DNA from: a virus | Lineage: Duplodnaviria > Caudoviricetes | Reading direction: 5' to 3' (one strand) | Length of the DNA stretch: 39,587 nucleotides | IMG/VR virus record: IMGVR_UViG_3300033144_004259 | Location: 1-39,587 of that record | In this document: in pieces, positions 1 to 9,025 of the stretch | Position numbering within the stretch: position 1 is the stretch's first letter | Layout: each line of letters starts with the position of its first letter | The notes under the pieces: model-generated | The model's input: only the letters and a program-made list of their open reading frames with translations | Database searches by the model: none | Told to the model about the DNA's origin: nothing | Program-made: the position numbers and the translations under genes

Positions 1-114
1 ATTCTACCAAATCTGTCCCATTATCACAATGAGTTACATTCAATCCAGTAATATTTGTATGAGCCCAATCTCCAGCTGTATGATATATTAAATGGAGTCC
101 ATCAACAAGCGATG
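1..114. repeat. Terminal direct repeat copy 1 (circular assembly overlap)
   Basis: 1-114 is identical to 39474-39587 (attctaccaaatctg...caacaagcgatg). The reading frame continues across the join. Confidence 0.95.
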
Positions 115-1645
115 ACCTTGCTTCAGTAGGCATATAAGAGTTAATATAAACAAAATTTCCACTTGAAACATTAATAGAAGGAAAAGTATCTTGGGTTATG
201 GCAAATCCATTACAAATAGATAAATGACTATTTGAACTACAAAGGATATTAATCTGTCGTTCTTTCCTATCAGTTAATTCAATTATTGCTGCACCTTCAA
301 CTTCTTCAACATTTCCGTCAATTGCATAAACATCAAATACTCTGGCATAATCGTCAGGCATCCTATCACTTGAATAATAATTGGCAAAAGTATCAGAGAT
401 TAAATCACATGAACTATTAAAATAATATATGGTATGTTGATTATCTGTCACATTCATGTCTCCTTCAGATAATTCACAATAAGTTTCTATCCCCTTAGCA
501 TTAACAACTCTTGCTAAAATATCAGGATAATGAACCTCTAAATCAGAGTTTATGGTTATATTTACATTTCCAGTAGTTTTTACATATTCAGAGCTATACA
601 AGATTCCACTTTCTATTCCGCCAGTTATAGGTTGTCCATAAATATAATCTTCAACAGTTAGATTTCCTGTAACTTGAACAGTTGTATCTGAATCTTTTGT
701 ATAATTTCTGCCAGCAATAAATTTACCATCACTTGTAAAATACCATTTAACTTCTCTATCTCCTTCATGCCTTATTTCCACAGCTAAATCGCCAGTAACA
801 TTATCATCTTGGTGGCTTCGTGCTATTCCAATCAATCTAAACATACTATACACATCACCATCACTATCAACTGTTTGAGCAGTGAACCCAGCAGTAGTAT
901 TTTCACCTTGATTAATATTTCTTACAGCAACTAATCCTTTAATATCTTCCAAATCAGTTTTTGAATCATCTATAACTGCTTGAATAATATTTCGTAATTT
1001 ATCATAAGAACCAACAGCCAATTTTCCACTTGTTCCATTAACTTCAAAAAATAGTCCAGTATTTAATTGTGTTATCTTGCCATCTTCGGAAATGAATAAA
1101 ATTGAACCATTGGTAAAACCATTAAGAGTAATATTATCAGCAGTAAATGTTCCCATTTCTGTAATATCTGTAGGAGAGTCTAAATTATCCCAATAATCTG
1201 AAGAATTTACATTCAAATCAGATTCACTTGATTGAAGAATATATGTATCATTGCCATAACTTGAATTGATAAATCCTGGATCGTTTGTGAAATTATCTAA
1301 TGAAGTATATCCTCTATCTCCTAAATCATCAGTAAAATTAGACAAGACAGTAGGAACGCCAGTAAGATTCTGCCAATAAGATAAAATATTGTAATCATAA
1401 ATAGTAATATTGGTAACTTCAACTGCATAATTTGAAAGATTTGCATAAGCTGAATAATTAGCAGTATTTATCACAGTAGTATTATCTAAAACAGCGTTAC
1501 CGTCTTGATAAAAAGCAGTTCCACTTATATTAGTGCCATTTACTATCTGATAATAATTTCTTAAATCAACATCATCTTGAGGAGTCCAGGCTAAAGCAGT
1601 CATTGCAAACAGTACAATCAGTCCCAATAAAACAAACTTCTTCAT
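1..1645 (-). CDS. N-terminal part of a 956-aa exported protein that spans the circular junction (continues 39473 to 38248)
   Basis: ATG at 1645 overlaps the upstream stop (ATGA). It begins MKKFVLLGLIVLFAMTALAW, a signal peptide. It is in frame with ORF 38248-39516. I read 1 to about 900 codon by codon and found no stop; the rest was spot-checked. Missed by the ORF track because it runs off the edge. Confidence 0.85.
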   Translation of the reverse strand, partial: MKKFVLLGLIVLFAMTALAWTPQDDVDLRNYYQIVNGTNISGTAFYQDGNAVLDNTTVINTANYSAYANLSNYAVEVTNITIYDYNILSYWQNLTGVPTVLSNFTDDLGDRGYTSLDNFTNDPGFINSSYGNDTYILQSSESDLNVNSSDYWDNLDSPTDITEMGTFTADNITLNGFTNGSILFISEDGKITQLNTGLFFEVNGTSGKLAVGSYDKLRNIIQAVIDDSKTDLEDIKGLVAVRNINQGENTTAGFTAQTVDSDGDVYSMFRLIGIARSHQDDNVTGDLAVEIRHEGDREVKWYFTSDGKFIAGRNYTKDSDTTVQVTGNLTVEDYIYGQPITGGIESGILYSSEYVKTTGNVNITINSDLEVHYPDILARVVNAKGIETYCELSEGDMNVTDNQHTIYYFNSSCDLISDTFANYYSSDRMPDDYARVFDVYAIDGNVEEVEGAAIIELTDRKERQINILCSSNSHLSICNGFAITQDTFPSINVSSGNFVYINSYMPTEARSSLVDGLHLIYHTAGDWAHTNITGLNVTHCDNGTDLVE

Positions 1646-2037
1646 TTTTTCTTAGGTTTAGCTTTTGATTTTGGTTTAGCTTTCTTATGGCTATTGTTTC
1701 TTTTGCCATCATCTTTAAGATCGTCTTTCAAATCTTTCACTCTTGCTTTAGATTTTTCGTCTAATTCAGATACATCAATCATTTCTTTCTTTTCTTTTTT
1801 CTTTGGTATGTCTTTAGATATAGCTTGCTTCTCTTTTGAACAATCGCTGCAAGCCTCACCATTTTCAGGAATACATGAACATTCTTTCGTGTTCTCTTTA
1901 ACCTTTTCAAGTTCAGGATCAAGATGTAATATCCCCAGAGTTTTCAAGACTTCAAACTCTTCATCTGGCTTTACTGCAAGCCAAGTTCTGTCAATCTTAA
2001 GATGTTTTGTTCGTTTTGATATATTTTTAAATTTCAT
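1642..2037 (-). CDS. Lys-rich hypothetical protein at the end of the head module
   Basis: 131-aa ORF with GAGGT RBS. CxC...CxxC cluster and a highly basic C-terminus. Confidence 0.75.
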   Translation of the reverse strand: MKFKNISKRTKHLKIDRTWLAVKPDEEFEVLKTLGILHLDPELEKVKENTKECSCIPENGEACSDCSKEKQAISKDIPKKKEKKEMIDVSELDEKSKARVKDLKDDLKDDGKRNNSHKKAKPKSKAKPKKK

Positions 2038-2047
2038 AGTTATTACC

Positions 2048-2272
2048 TCATTTGAATAGTTTATCTGCGATTAATATCGTCCCTGCGCTGACTGAAGCCG
2101 CAATACCTGAAACGACAGCAACTACTCCTTTAAATTTCAATCGAAACTCAGTATTTTTTCTTACAGCAGGTTTAATATCTTCTTTTATCATTTCTGTCAG
2201 ATTATCCATTTTCTCTGCAAGAACTGCATTAGTGATTTTTGCCAATTTAAGCGACCACCACGTTTCCGTCAT
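2048..2272 (-). CDS. Small protein with a C-terminal TM helix (coiled coil + TM, holin/XhlA-like architecture); start may be TTG 2245
   Basis: C-terminal hydrophobic segment GVVAVVSGIAASVSAGTILIA. Confidence 0.6.
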   Translation of the reverse strand: MTETWWSLKLAKITNAVLAEKMDNLTEMIKEDIKPAVRKNTEFRLKFKGVVAVVSGIAASVSAGTILIADKLFK

Positions 2273-2747
2273 TGCTGATAGGTGCCCATTTTACTATGAA
2301 TCTGATAACTCCTGCCGTGACATTTGCAGTTGCTACAGTCAAAATGACATCTTGATTTACTATATTTCTTTTTGTTACACTGGTAAGCTCTACGCTTGCA
2401 TCAGGGGTGCCATCATGCCATATTTCGTTTACTATAAGTGTTGTTCCAACAGCTTGCGCAAGTATTCCTGCTGTTGTGATTGCAGTTCCTAATTCAATTG
2501 TAGCAGAAGCTCCAGTCAGGCTTGTCTCACAAACAGCGATTATTGACATTTCAACAGTTCCTGTTACTGTTAGAAGGGTAACAGGGTTTCCAGTGCCGTC
2601 ATAATCCCCTATTGCGTTTACCGTTCCGCCATCAAAAATGACAGTTGTCTCAAGAGCTTTGTATTGGGGCCAGAGATTGTTTGTCAATGCCTGAACTGTG
2701 TGGGTGCTTACCCCTAATCTTTCCAATGATTCTAATGGATTTACCAT
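2247..2747 (-). CDS. Putative virion structural (head decoration-like) protein
   Basis: T/V/A/G-rich beta-type composition, GGAGG RBS, downstream of the capsid gene. Confidence 0.6.
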   Translation of the reverse strand: MVNPLESLERLGVSTHTVQALTNNLWPQYKALETTVIFDGGTVNAIGDYDGTGNPVTLLTVTGTVEMSIIAVCETSLTGASATIELGTAITTAGILAQAVGTTLIVNEIWHDGTPDASVELTSVTKRNIVNQDVILTVATANVTAGVIRFIVKWAPISNDGNVVVA

Positions 2748-2803
2748 GTTTATTTCCTCCTTGCTTTATTTATGTCTGTTCCGTCAAGGTTTCAGACGAA
2801 TGA

Positions 2804-2824
2804 TAAAAAATAAAAAAAATAAAT
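2804..2824 (-). terminator. Oligo-T tract (archaeal-type terminator)
   Basis: T-rich run directly after the stop at 2825. Confidence 0.5.
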
Positions 2825-3667
2825 CTATTCAAACAATATCCTACTGATTTTCTGATAACATAATGTCATGTCATCTGCTGCGCCTGCAAGAGACTGAACA
2901 CCAACATAAGGAATAAAATCGATATTATCTGTAAGCGCAGTACTAATGTACTTCTCTACATTGTTTATGTAGAAATGCGCTTTCCTGCTTGAATCTATCT
3001 CAATCCTTAAATTATAATTTGTGCTTGCAGCAAGTGCAACGCCTGAATCAGTTGTAGTATCAACTCCTCCAATGCTTGAGATAATCTGGATATTTGTGTC
3101 TGGCACATCAGTGTCAAACCTGAAATATATTTGGTCGTCATCTGTAGCGATTGTAGGGTCATTAGTTAATTTAAGCCCAGCCCAAATAAGTATAGTAGCG
3201 ATACTTGCACCTGTTCTGATAGCCACTTCCCAGATAACTTGATTCTCTGTTCCCCACAGTACTCCAGTCCAAGCAGACTGTTTTGAGTCTAAATGAGGAA
3301 GTATAATCAGTTGATCGTTGTCTGCGCCACCAGTGGTCATTTTTACTCCGCCAGCGATTGTGTCCCAACTAAAATCTGCAATGTCTGCATTTGTTCCAAG
3401 AATCTCAAAATCTTTATTAGCTGCATTACTTGCTGTTTTAATAACAGTATTTGCTGCGGCTGTAGCATCTGCATCAGTAAAAGCTGCATTGATAACTGCA
3501 TTCGCATCTGGTAATTTCGTGAAGAATTCTTCTAAGTAATATCTGCCAGGTGATTTCCTAACATTTCCATTGAATGATATGTCTGATGCAAATTTATATT
3601 TATCATAAGTATATGGTGGTGCTGCCACCTGACCGATAGGGTCACTCACAAATCCTTCTGTTGCCAT
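2825..3667 (-). CDS. Putative virion structural protein, beta-sandwich (lectin-like) C-terminal region
   Basis: 280 aa in the head module. Beta-rich C-terminus (YNLRIEIDSSRKAHFYIN). Confidence 0.6.
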   Translation of the reverse strand: MATEGFVSDPIGQVAAPPYTYDKYKFASDISFNGNVRKSPGRYYLEEFFTKLPDANAVINAAFTDADATAAANTVIKTASNAANKDFEILGTNADIADFSWDTIAGGVKMTTGGADNDQLIILPHLDSKQSAWTGVLWGTENQVIWEVAIRTGASIATILIWAGLKLTNDPTIATDDDQIYFRFDTDVPDTNIQIISSIGGVDTTTDSGVALAASTNYNLRIEIDSSRKAHFYINNVEKYISTALTDNIDFIPYVGVQSLAGAADDMTLCYQKISRILFE

Positions 3668-3756
3668 TTTTCTTTCTCCCTGAGAGTTGTTTGCCCCCCT
3701 GTAGTTTACAGAGTGCTTTCACCATGCAGTCTCAGGCTACATGATACGGTTATCAC

Positions 3757-3780
3757 TAAAATAATAAAAATAAAAAAATA
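3757..3780 (-). terminator. Oligo-T tract after the capsid/decoration genes
   Basis: TTTTTTTATTTTTATTATTTT after the stop at 3788. Confidence 0.55.
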
Positions 3781-3787
3781 TGGCTAT

Positions 3788-4066
3788 TTAATAGCCGATT
3801 ATGGTTATGTTATGGATTCCGGTTGTGATGGTTCCAAGAGTGATAATTCCTGTTGCAGGATCCCAAGTGGAATCTTTATCTGCTCCTGCATCATCCTGAA
3901 CAAGTGTGTTAAGGATTTGTGTTATTACCATACCTTTTCCATCAGTTGCATCCGTCAATAGGTCGATTGTATAACCTGTTGCGGTTGTAGCGGCGCCTTG
4001 AATAGTGATTATCTTCAAATCACCACAATGCCCAACTTTCCTGAATGTTTCAGTAACTGCTGTCAT
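3788..4066 (-). CDS. Putative capsid decoration/cement protein
   Basis: 92 aa, Thr-rich, immediately after the MCP, GGAGGT RBS. Confidence 0.6.
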   Translation of the reverse strand: MTAVTETFRKVGHCGDLKIITIQGAATTATGYTIDLLTDATDGKGMVITQILNTLVQDDAGADKDSTWDPATGIITLGTITTGIHNITIIGY

Positions 4067-4080
4067 GTTCTTTTACCTCC

Positions 4081-5136
4081 TCATGCAATGCCGTACATCT
4101 GTGAACAGCTTGCTTCGAATGTGTTTACTGGGGTGATGTATTCTTTCAGCATGTAGACTTCCCCGTCTGCATCAGTGTATTTCTCTTCATAGGTCAAGTC
4201 TTGAAGGACTGCCATAAAGATGTATCTCATGTCAAGGAACAAAATCCTTTTCCCGTTAGCTGTAGTTGGCATATACCTATCTTTGATGAACATTACATCA
4301 TCGAACCCGAAAGCTCCAGGTATACCGAAACCAAGCATTTCCTGAGATGGATTAATGTTTCTTTGGAAATCCTGTAGCAAACCTTTGATATAATTGTGAG
4401 TGGTTGCATCAGTTATTGCCAAATTGACATTACCATTTGCATTAAATGTGGTTGCCAGTTCTGCCCTTATCAGTGGAAGTGTAGGAAGTCCGCCACCTCT
4501 GTTTGTGGTATTTGTGGTAATCAGTTGGATCATACCATTTGGTTCATAAACAGTTGTGCTTGCATCTCCGTTAATAAGTGCATCTTCTTCAGCTTCGTAA
4601 ATAGATATTGTCTTTACACTTAAATCAAGCTGAGTAGGGTCAATAAATCCTCTCATTCCTGCAATTGCTGGCCCTGATACGCTACCTTTAGCATACAAGA
4701 ACTTAATTGCGACAGATTTCCGGTCATAGGTATCTTCTACAGCGCTAAGTGCTGCATTTTCTCCTGCCCAGAATGCTCCGCCTTTTGCAGTAAGAGGGAT
4801 GTAATCATATGTCAAACCTTTTACAGCTCTACGAGGAACCATTGTCCTAAACGGAAGTATTCTACTTGTCCTGTCAACTACTGAGGGGTCTGGATAAACT
4901 GGCACTAATGCTGTACCTGCTGTACCTGCTCCGCCTGTCTGTGAATCTATGGAAACCTTATTAATCTCGTAAGTCTTTAATGCGATTTCCCTTCTGTTGT
5001 CAACTCTGTCAAATGGATTGTAATATTCTTTTGACACTCCACCGAATGAGTCTTTTCCGATAACTCCGGCATTGAACTTTGATTTGCAAAGTTCTTCACT
5101 GAAGCCATCTTCCCGATCTTTGAATATTGCTTTCAT
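4081..5136 (-). CDS. Major capsid protein (HK97 fold)
   Basis: 351 aa after the protease. HK97-like motifs ALVPVY, GGAFWAGEN, EEDALINGD...EPNGM, ILFLDM. Confidence 0.85.
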   Translation of the reverse strand: MKAIFKDREDGFSEELCKSKFNAGVIGKDSFGGVSKEYYNPFDRVDNRREIALKTYEINKVSIDSQTGGAGTAGTALVPVYPDPSVVDRTSRILPFRTMVPRRAVKGLTYDYIPLTAKGGAFWAGENAALSAVEDTYDRKSVAIKFLYAKGSVSGPAIAGMRGFIDPTQLDLSVKTISIYEAEEDALINGDASTTVYEPNGMIQLITTNTTNRGGGLPTLPLIRAELATTFNANGNVNLAITDATTHNYIKGLLQDFQRNINPSQEMLGFGIPGAFGFDDVMFIKDRYMPTTANGKRILFLDMRYIFMAVLQDLTYEEKYTDADGEVYMLKEYITPVNTFEASCSQMYGIA

Positions 5137-5149
5137 TGTTATTACCTCT

Positions 5150-6028
5150 TTATGCGTTCATTATAGGGAGTTTACCTTCTTTTAATGCTGTTTCAGCATC
5201 TTCCCTACCTTTCTGTAGATTTTCGTCAGCTATTTTCTGTTTTTCAAGAGATTCTTTTCCAGCTTCTTTAGCTTTCTTCTCTGATTCTGCAACTTTAGCT
5301 TCTGCATCTACAACTGCTTTCTCTGATTCTTCAACTTTTTCTTCAGCTTCGTCTTTTGCTTTTTCTGAATCTTCAACATCTTTTTTCAGTTTAGCAAGTT
5401 CAGAATCTTTTGTTTCAAGCTGTTTCTCAAAGTCAGCGATTTTCTCAGTATATTCGCTTTCTTTCTTTTCCACAGCCATATCAATATCTTTCTGTGTTAG
5501 TTCCATAATCTCACCCTTGTTTGTTTTAAATGATTTTGCCATAGCCAACATAGCCCTGCCATGACGATTACTGGGAATTGCCACAAAACTGGCTTCCAAT
5601 AATTCTAAGTCTGTAAATGTGCGCATAGAATCGCCGTTTATCTTTTCATCCTCATATTCTTTTACGATTGCGCCAATAGAAATTCCTATCTCTGCACCTT
5701 CATCCAGCATGCCTTTTATCTCTTTTGCTTTTTTGTTTGAAGGGAAAAACTTTGGTTCTGCAACGAGGACAGTATGACCATCAAGCTCTTTCAATCTCAT
5801 ATTAGTCCATTGAGCAACTTGATTCAATACTTTATTTTCATGGTCAACCAATGCAGCAATATATCCTCCTTTTTTAACTATTTTTGTCAATGCAGATTTT
5901 CCTACTCGTTCTCCATCTCTATCAATAGAAGTGTCTGAAAGGACTGCGATATATTTCCCTTTTGATTCTTTCATCACTGGCGCGAAAAGTTCAACATTCA
6001 TTTCATGCGTTGCTTTATTTGTTCTCAT
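5150..6028 (-). CDS. HK97-type prohead protease with C-terminal coiled-coil scaffold
   Basis: Motifs IDRDGE, LVDH, GISIGA, LELLEASFVAIPSN, followed by an E/K coiled coil. Confidence 0.9.
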   Translation of the reverse strand: MRTNKATHEMNVELFAPVMKESKGKYIAVLSDTSIDRDGERVGKSALTKIVKKGGYIAALVDHENKVLNQVAQWTNMRLKELDGHTVLVAEPKFFPSNKKAKEIKGMLDEGAEIGISIGAIVKEYEDEKINGDSMRTFTDLELLEASFVAIPSNRHGRAMLAMAKSFKTNKGEIMELTQKDIDMAVEKKESEYTEKIADFEKQLETKDSELAKLKKDVEDSEKAKDEAEEKVEESEKAVVDAEAKVAESEKKAKEAGKESLEKQKIADENLQKGREDAETALKEGKLPIMNA

Positions 6029-6049
6029 ATTATTACCTCTAAACTTTGA

Positions 6050-6067
6050 TTTATTTAAATCCTAACC
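6050..6067 (-). promoter_or_regulatory. Late promoter motif GGTTAGGATTTAAATAAA (protease/capsid)
   Basis: Exact 18-mer, present four times, always upstream of structural genes. Confidence 0.8.
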
Positions 6068-8467
6068 TTATTTCGGTCTAAATGCGATCGTAGTTCTGCA
6101 CTGAACGTGAAATGGAGGAGTGGTATATTCTTTCATATTTTTATCATCAATAAAAGGTTCATCAAGTGAAATAGGATTGTTTGCATATTTTGTATGCAGC
6201 CTTTTACAAATATCTGAAGTTCGATTATCTAATGCGACTTTGACAACTTTTCCACCTTCCAATCCGCTTTCTTTATATCCTAACAATTTTGACTCATTTA
6301 AAACCCTGTTTGTCTCTGTCCTACTGATTAAATTTGCTCGATGGTCGCTGAATCCTGCAAAATCATTTTTTATATCCTCTTTAATCTCTTTTATTGTCTT
6401 ATGCTCTGAAATCCCAGATTGAACTGTCATAATTATTTTTGATTGTATCTCTTTACTGACACCTTTTATCCCAAACCATTTCTTGCCTGAAATTTTATAT
6501 CCGTTAAGTTGCTCCTGGCTCAATACATTAAGTTTCTGCTTGTAAGCATCAGTAAAACCAATGTCAACATTAAGCTCTTCTTCAGCGCTAACTAAACCAG
6601 TGACCAAATCAGCTTTTATGAATCGTTTTACATGCTTTGCAAAAGTAGCAGTATTGACTATATTAAACAGATTCTTTACAAATTCTCCAAAAGTTTTATC
6701 TATTTTATAAGATTTTTCTAAGCCCATCTTATCGACAGCGGTTAAGACTTTCTTTTCCATGTCATTAAAAAGGTTAGTAAGAAACTCACTGTAAGTTTTA
6801 GACTCATCAATTATTTCTTCTCCTGCTTCAATGATTAGATCTTTTTCAACTTGACAACTGGGGCAGGATTTTCCATGCTTAGACTGGCAAACAGCATAAG
6901 CAGATTCTTCTTTAGTTCTTCCTGCTTGCGGTTTAAAGTCAGGGTCTGCCATCAAAGCCCTTACACAATCTTCGACTGCTTTCGGTTTAGTGATATTATA
7001 ATCTTTTTTCTCTTCTTTCTCCTCTTTTTTGTCAGGCTTTTTAGGATTTTCTTCTTCTGTTTCATCTGGATTATTGTTCGGAAGTCCGCCGAAATTGAAA
7101 GAAGTCTCTTGTCCTGGCTTCTTAAACGGTTCATCACCCCATTCGTAAGGTTCTTTTCCTTGAAGTTTTCTGTAATCATTGATAGTCAGCGCGCCGTTCT
7201 CTAATTCCCATTTATGTTGGTCAAACTCAACTTTTTCCTGAACATGGTCTTTAGGGAAATATTTGAATTTCAAGCCAGATTTTTCTTTCTGAAGTATCTC
7301 TGGGATAGTTCTGGTTGTATGCTGTTGTTCAAGCAAAGTAAGGAAAGGTTTTATTGCGTTTCTTACTGTTACTCTTGCCTGACCTTCATCATTAGATTTA
7401 TTTGCATTTTCAAAGAATCCAGCTTCAGTAGGACTTACCCCAAAAGCGGCAAACACAATTTTAGAATACCATTTCTGACCATCTAACCATTCTAAATCCC
7501 TGTTTGATTCTCCAAGTTTATGGATTTTATCAATACCCCAATTAATGAAACTCACTTGATGAGGTTTACCAGCATATTCATTATTCCATTTTCTTTTCAG
7601 TTTCTTTAATTCTGGAAGAGGAATCTTATCAATACCGATGAGTAAATCAGGAATAGCATTATTTGTGAACATATCTTTGTTATATCTCGTTCCTTGAATC
7701 AGTAATTCAAGGACTTGCTGGATAGATTGCACTGGACTAAATCCATAAATACTATATGATTTACTATTCATAATCAAATAACTTATTTCTGCTGGTTCAA
7801 AAGGAGTAGGATTTTGTCGTGGATGTTTAAATGAATATTGGTAGAATCTTAATAAGTTTTTATGAATATCGACTTGTTTCAGCATGCTGCCGCCGTCAAC
7901 AGATTTTATCTGGGTAAGTGTCCTTGAACCAATAGGTTTTAAGATAAGCCCTATTTCTTTGGCTATTATTTTTCCTATTGCATCATAAACAGGGACATCT
8001 CCTATATCGTATGAATCAGACGAATAGACATAATTAAATACTCCTGCATCAATTTCTCCTAAATCAGTTATTACTTCAGAATTAATGTTATCTATGTTTT
8101 GATTATTTTTATTTATTTTGTTCATAAACTCTGTAACAGTGTTTATATCCTCTGTATAATCTATCCCATCAGTTTCATCTTCTGGCACTATTCTCCATTC
8201 TATTGTATTGATTTCTTTCTTAAACGTGTTAAGAACCATCTGTACCCATGCAGATTGGGACAAATTCCTTAACTTAATCATATCAAACTTAGCTCTCGGT
8301 TGACCGAGCCTGCTGGAGAAAAACCATTGAGGATATATTGCTTCTCTTTCTTGTTCAGTTCCGAATCCGATTCTGGTGATTCCTATATCTTGGATCGGAG
8401 TCTGAGGACTAACCTTCTTAGTTGCAAGAGTTTTAAGATTACTGCCAAGTCTATTAAAAAAAGCCAT
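6068..8467 (-). CDS. Portal protein fused to a MuF (SPP1 gp7-like) head morphogenesis domain
   Basis: Portal motifs YGFSPVQS, NNAIPDLLI, AAFGVSP, LTINDYRK. C-terminal MuF motifs RANLISRTETNR, DNRTSDIC, PPFHVQCR. Confidence 0.88.
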   Translation of the reverse strand: MAFFNRLGSNLKTLATKKVSPQTPIQDIGITRIGFGTEQEREAIYPQWFFSSRLGQPRAKFDMIKLRNLSQSAWVQMVLNTFKKEINTIEWRIVPEDETDGIDYTEDINTVTEFMNKINKNNQNIDNINSEVITDLGEIDAGVFNYVYSSDSYDIGDVPVYDAIGKIIAKEIGLILKPIGSRTLTQIKSVDGGSMLKQVDIHKNLLRFYQYSFKHPRQNPTPFEPAEISYLIMNSKSYSIYGFSPVQSIQQVLELLIQGTRYNKDMFTNNAIPDLLIGIDKIPLPELKKLKRKWNNEYAGKPHQVSFINWGIDKIHKLGESNRDLEWLDGQKWYSKIVFAAFGVSPTEAGFFENANKSNDEGQARVTVRNAIKPFLTLLEQQHTTRTIPEILQKEKSGLKFKYFPKDHVQEKVEFDQHKWELENGALTINDYRKLQGKEPYEWGDEPFKKPGQETSFNFGGLPNNNPDETEEENPKKPDKKEEKEEKKDYNITKPKAVEDCVRALMADPDFKPQAGRTKEESAYAVCQSKHGKSCPSCQVEKDLIIEAGEEIIDESKTYSEFLTNLFNDMEKKVLTAVDKMGLEKSYKIDKTFGEFVKNLFNIVNTATFAKHVKRFIKADLVTGLVSAEEELNVDIGFTDAYKQKLNVLSQEQLNGYKISGKKWFGIKGVSKEIQSKIIMTVQSGISEHKTIKEIKEDIKNDFAGFSDHRANLISRTETNRVLNESKLLGYKESGLEGGKVVKVALDNRTSDICKRLHTKYANNPISLDEPFIDDKNMKEYTTPPFHVQCRTTIAFRPK

Positions 8468-8488
8468 TTATTTAATTAAGAATGTTAG

Positions 8489-8506
8489 TTTATTTAAATC
8501 CTAACC
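8489..8506 (-). promoter_or_regulatory. Late promoter motif (portal, leaderless)
   Basis: Exact 18-mer; TTTAAATA about 25 nt upstream of ATG 8467. Confidence 0.8.
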
Positions 8507-8625
8507 AAAAATAGCTAATTGAAAAGAATCCCCACGCCCTATTATGTGGGGAGCTTCTGGCGGTCATAGCACTTCAGGACTCCTGGATTACTCCTTATAT
8601 CCTTAGCGTTGTAGGAGTTTATGAC

Positions 8626-8641
8626 AATAAAAATAAAAAAT
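8626..8641 (-). terminator. Oligo-T tract after ORF 8658
   Basis: TTTTTTATTTTTATT. Confidence 0.5.
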
Positions 8642-8657
8642 CTAATCTATGAGATTC

Positions 8658-8861
8658 TTACATCATCCAGTTACGTATCCCAAATTCCCATTTATCTCCC
8701 TCAGTATTGTCACAAGATGTAACGAGATTAGTGGTAGATAATAGTCCAGCAGTATCAGTCAGCAAAGTCTTATTCTTGGGGTTGATAGAGATATACACAT
8801 CCAAATCCCCATGATCTTTTAATTCATATTCCAAGGTTTTTATTAATTCGCTTATTTTCAT
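8658..8861 (-). CDS. Hypothetical phage protein
   Basis: 67 aa, GGAGG RBS, MKISELIKTLE...HGDLDV N-terminus typical of small phage proteins. Confidence 0.7.
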   Translation of the reverse strand: MKISELIKTLEYELKDHGDLDVYISINPKNKTLLTDTAGLLSTTNLVTSCDNTEGDKWEFGIRNWMM

Positions 8862-9025
8862 TGTTTCCCTCCTCTCTTATCATATCCTGTCATAATTGCA
8901 TTAGCAAACCACCCAATCATAGTTCCTTCATCCGTTGCTATTGATGGCTTCTTCTTTACTCTTTTAACAAATTCTTCTGCCCATTTTTTTGCATCTAAAT
9001 TTCCAATCAATTCTTCCCCATTCAT
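8858..9025 (-). CDS. Small hypothetical protein (55 aa, not in ORF track)
   Basis: MNGEELIGNLDAKKWAEEFVK...DEGTMIGWFANAIMTGYD. ATGA overlaps at both ends. Confidence 0.75.
   Translation of the reverse strand: MNGEELIGNLDAKKWAEEFVKRVKKKPSIATDEGTMIGWFANAIMTGYDKRGGKQ

Noticed and set aside
1-114. End repeat as a biological terminal repeat
   Set aside because: It falls in the middle of a gene and is best explained as assembler overlap of a circular or permuted genome.
8560-8630. Three-way junction as a hammerhead ribozyme
   Set aside because: The CUGANGA and GAAA core motifs are not present in the required positions.
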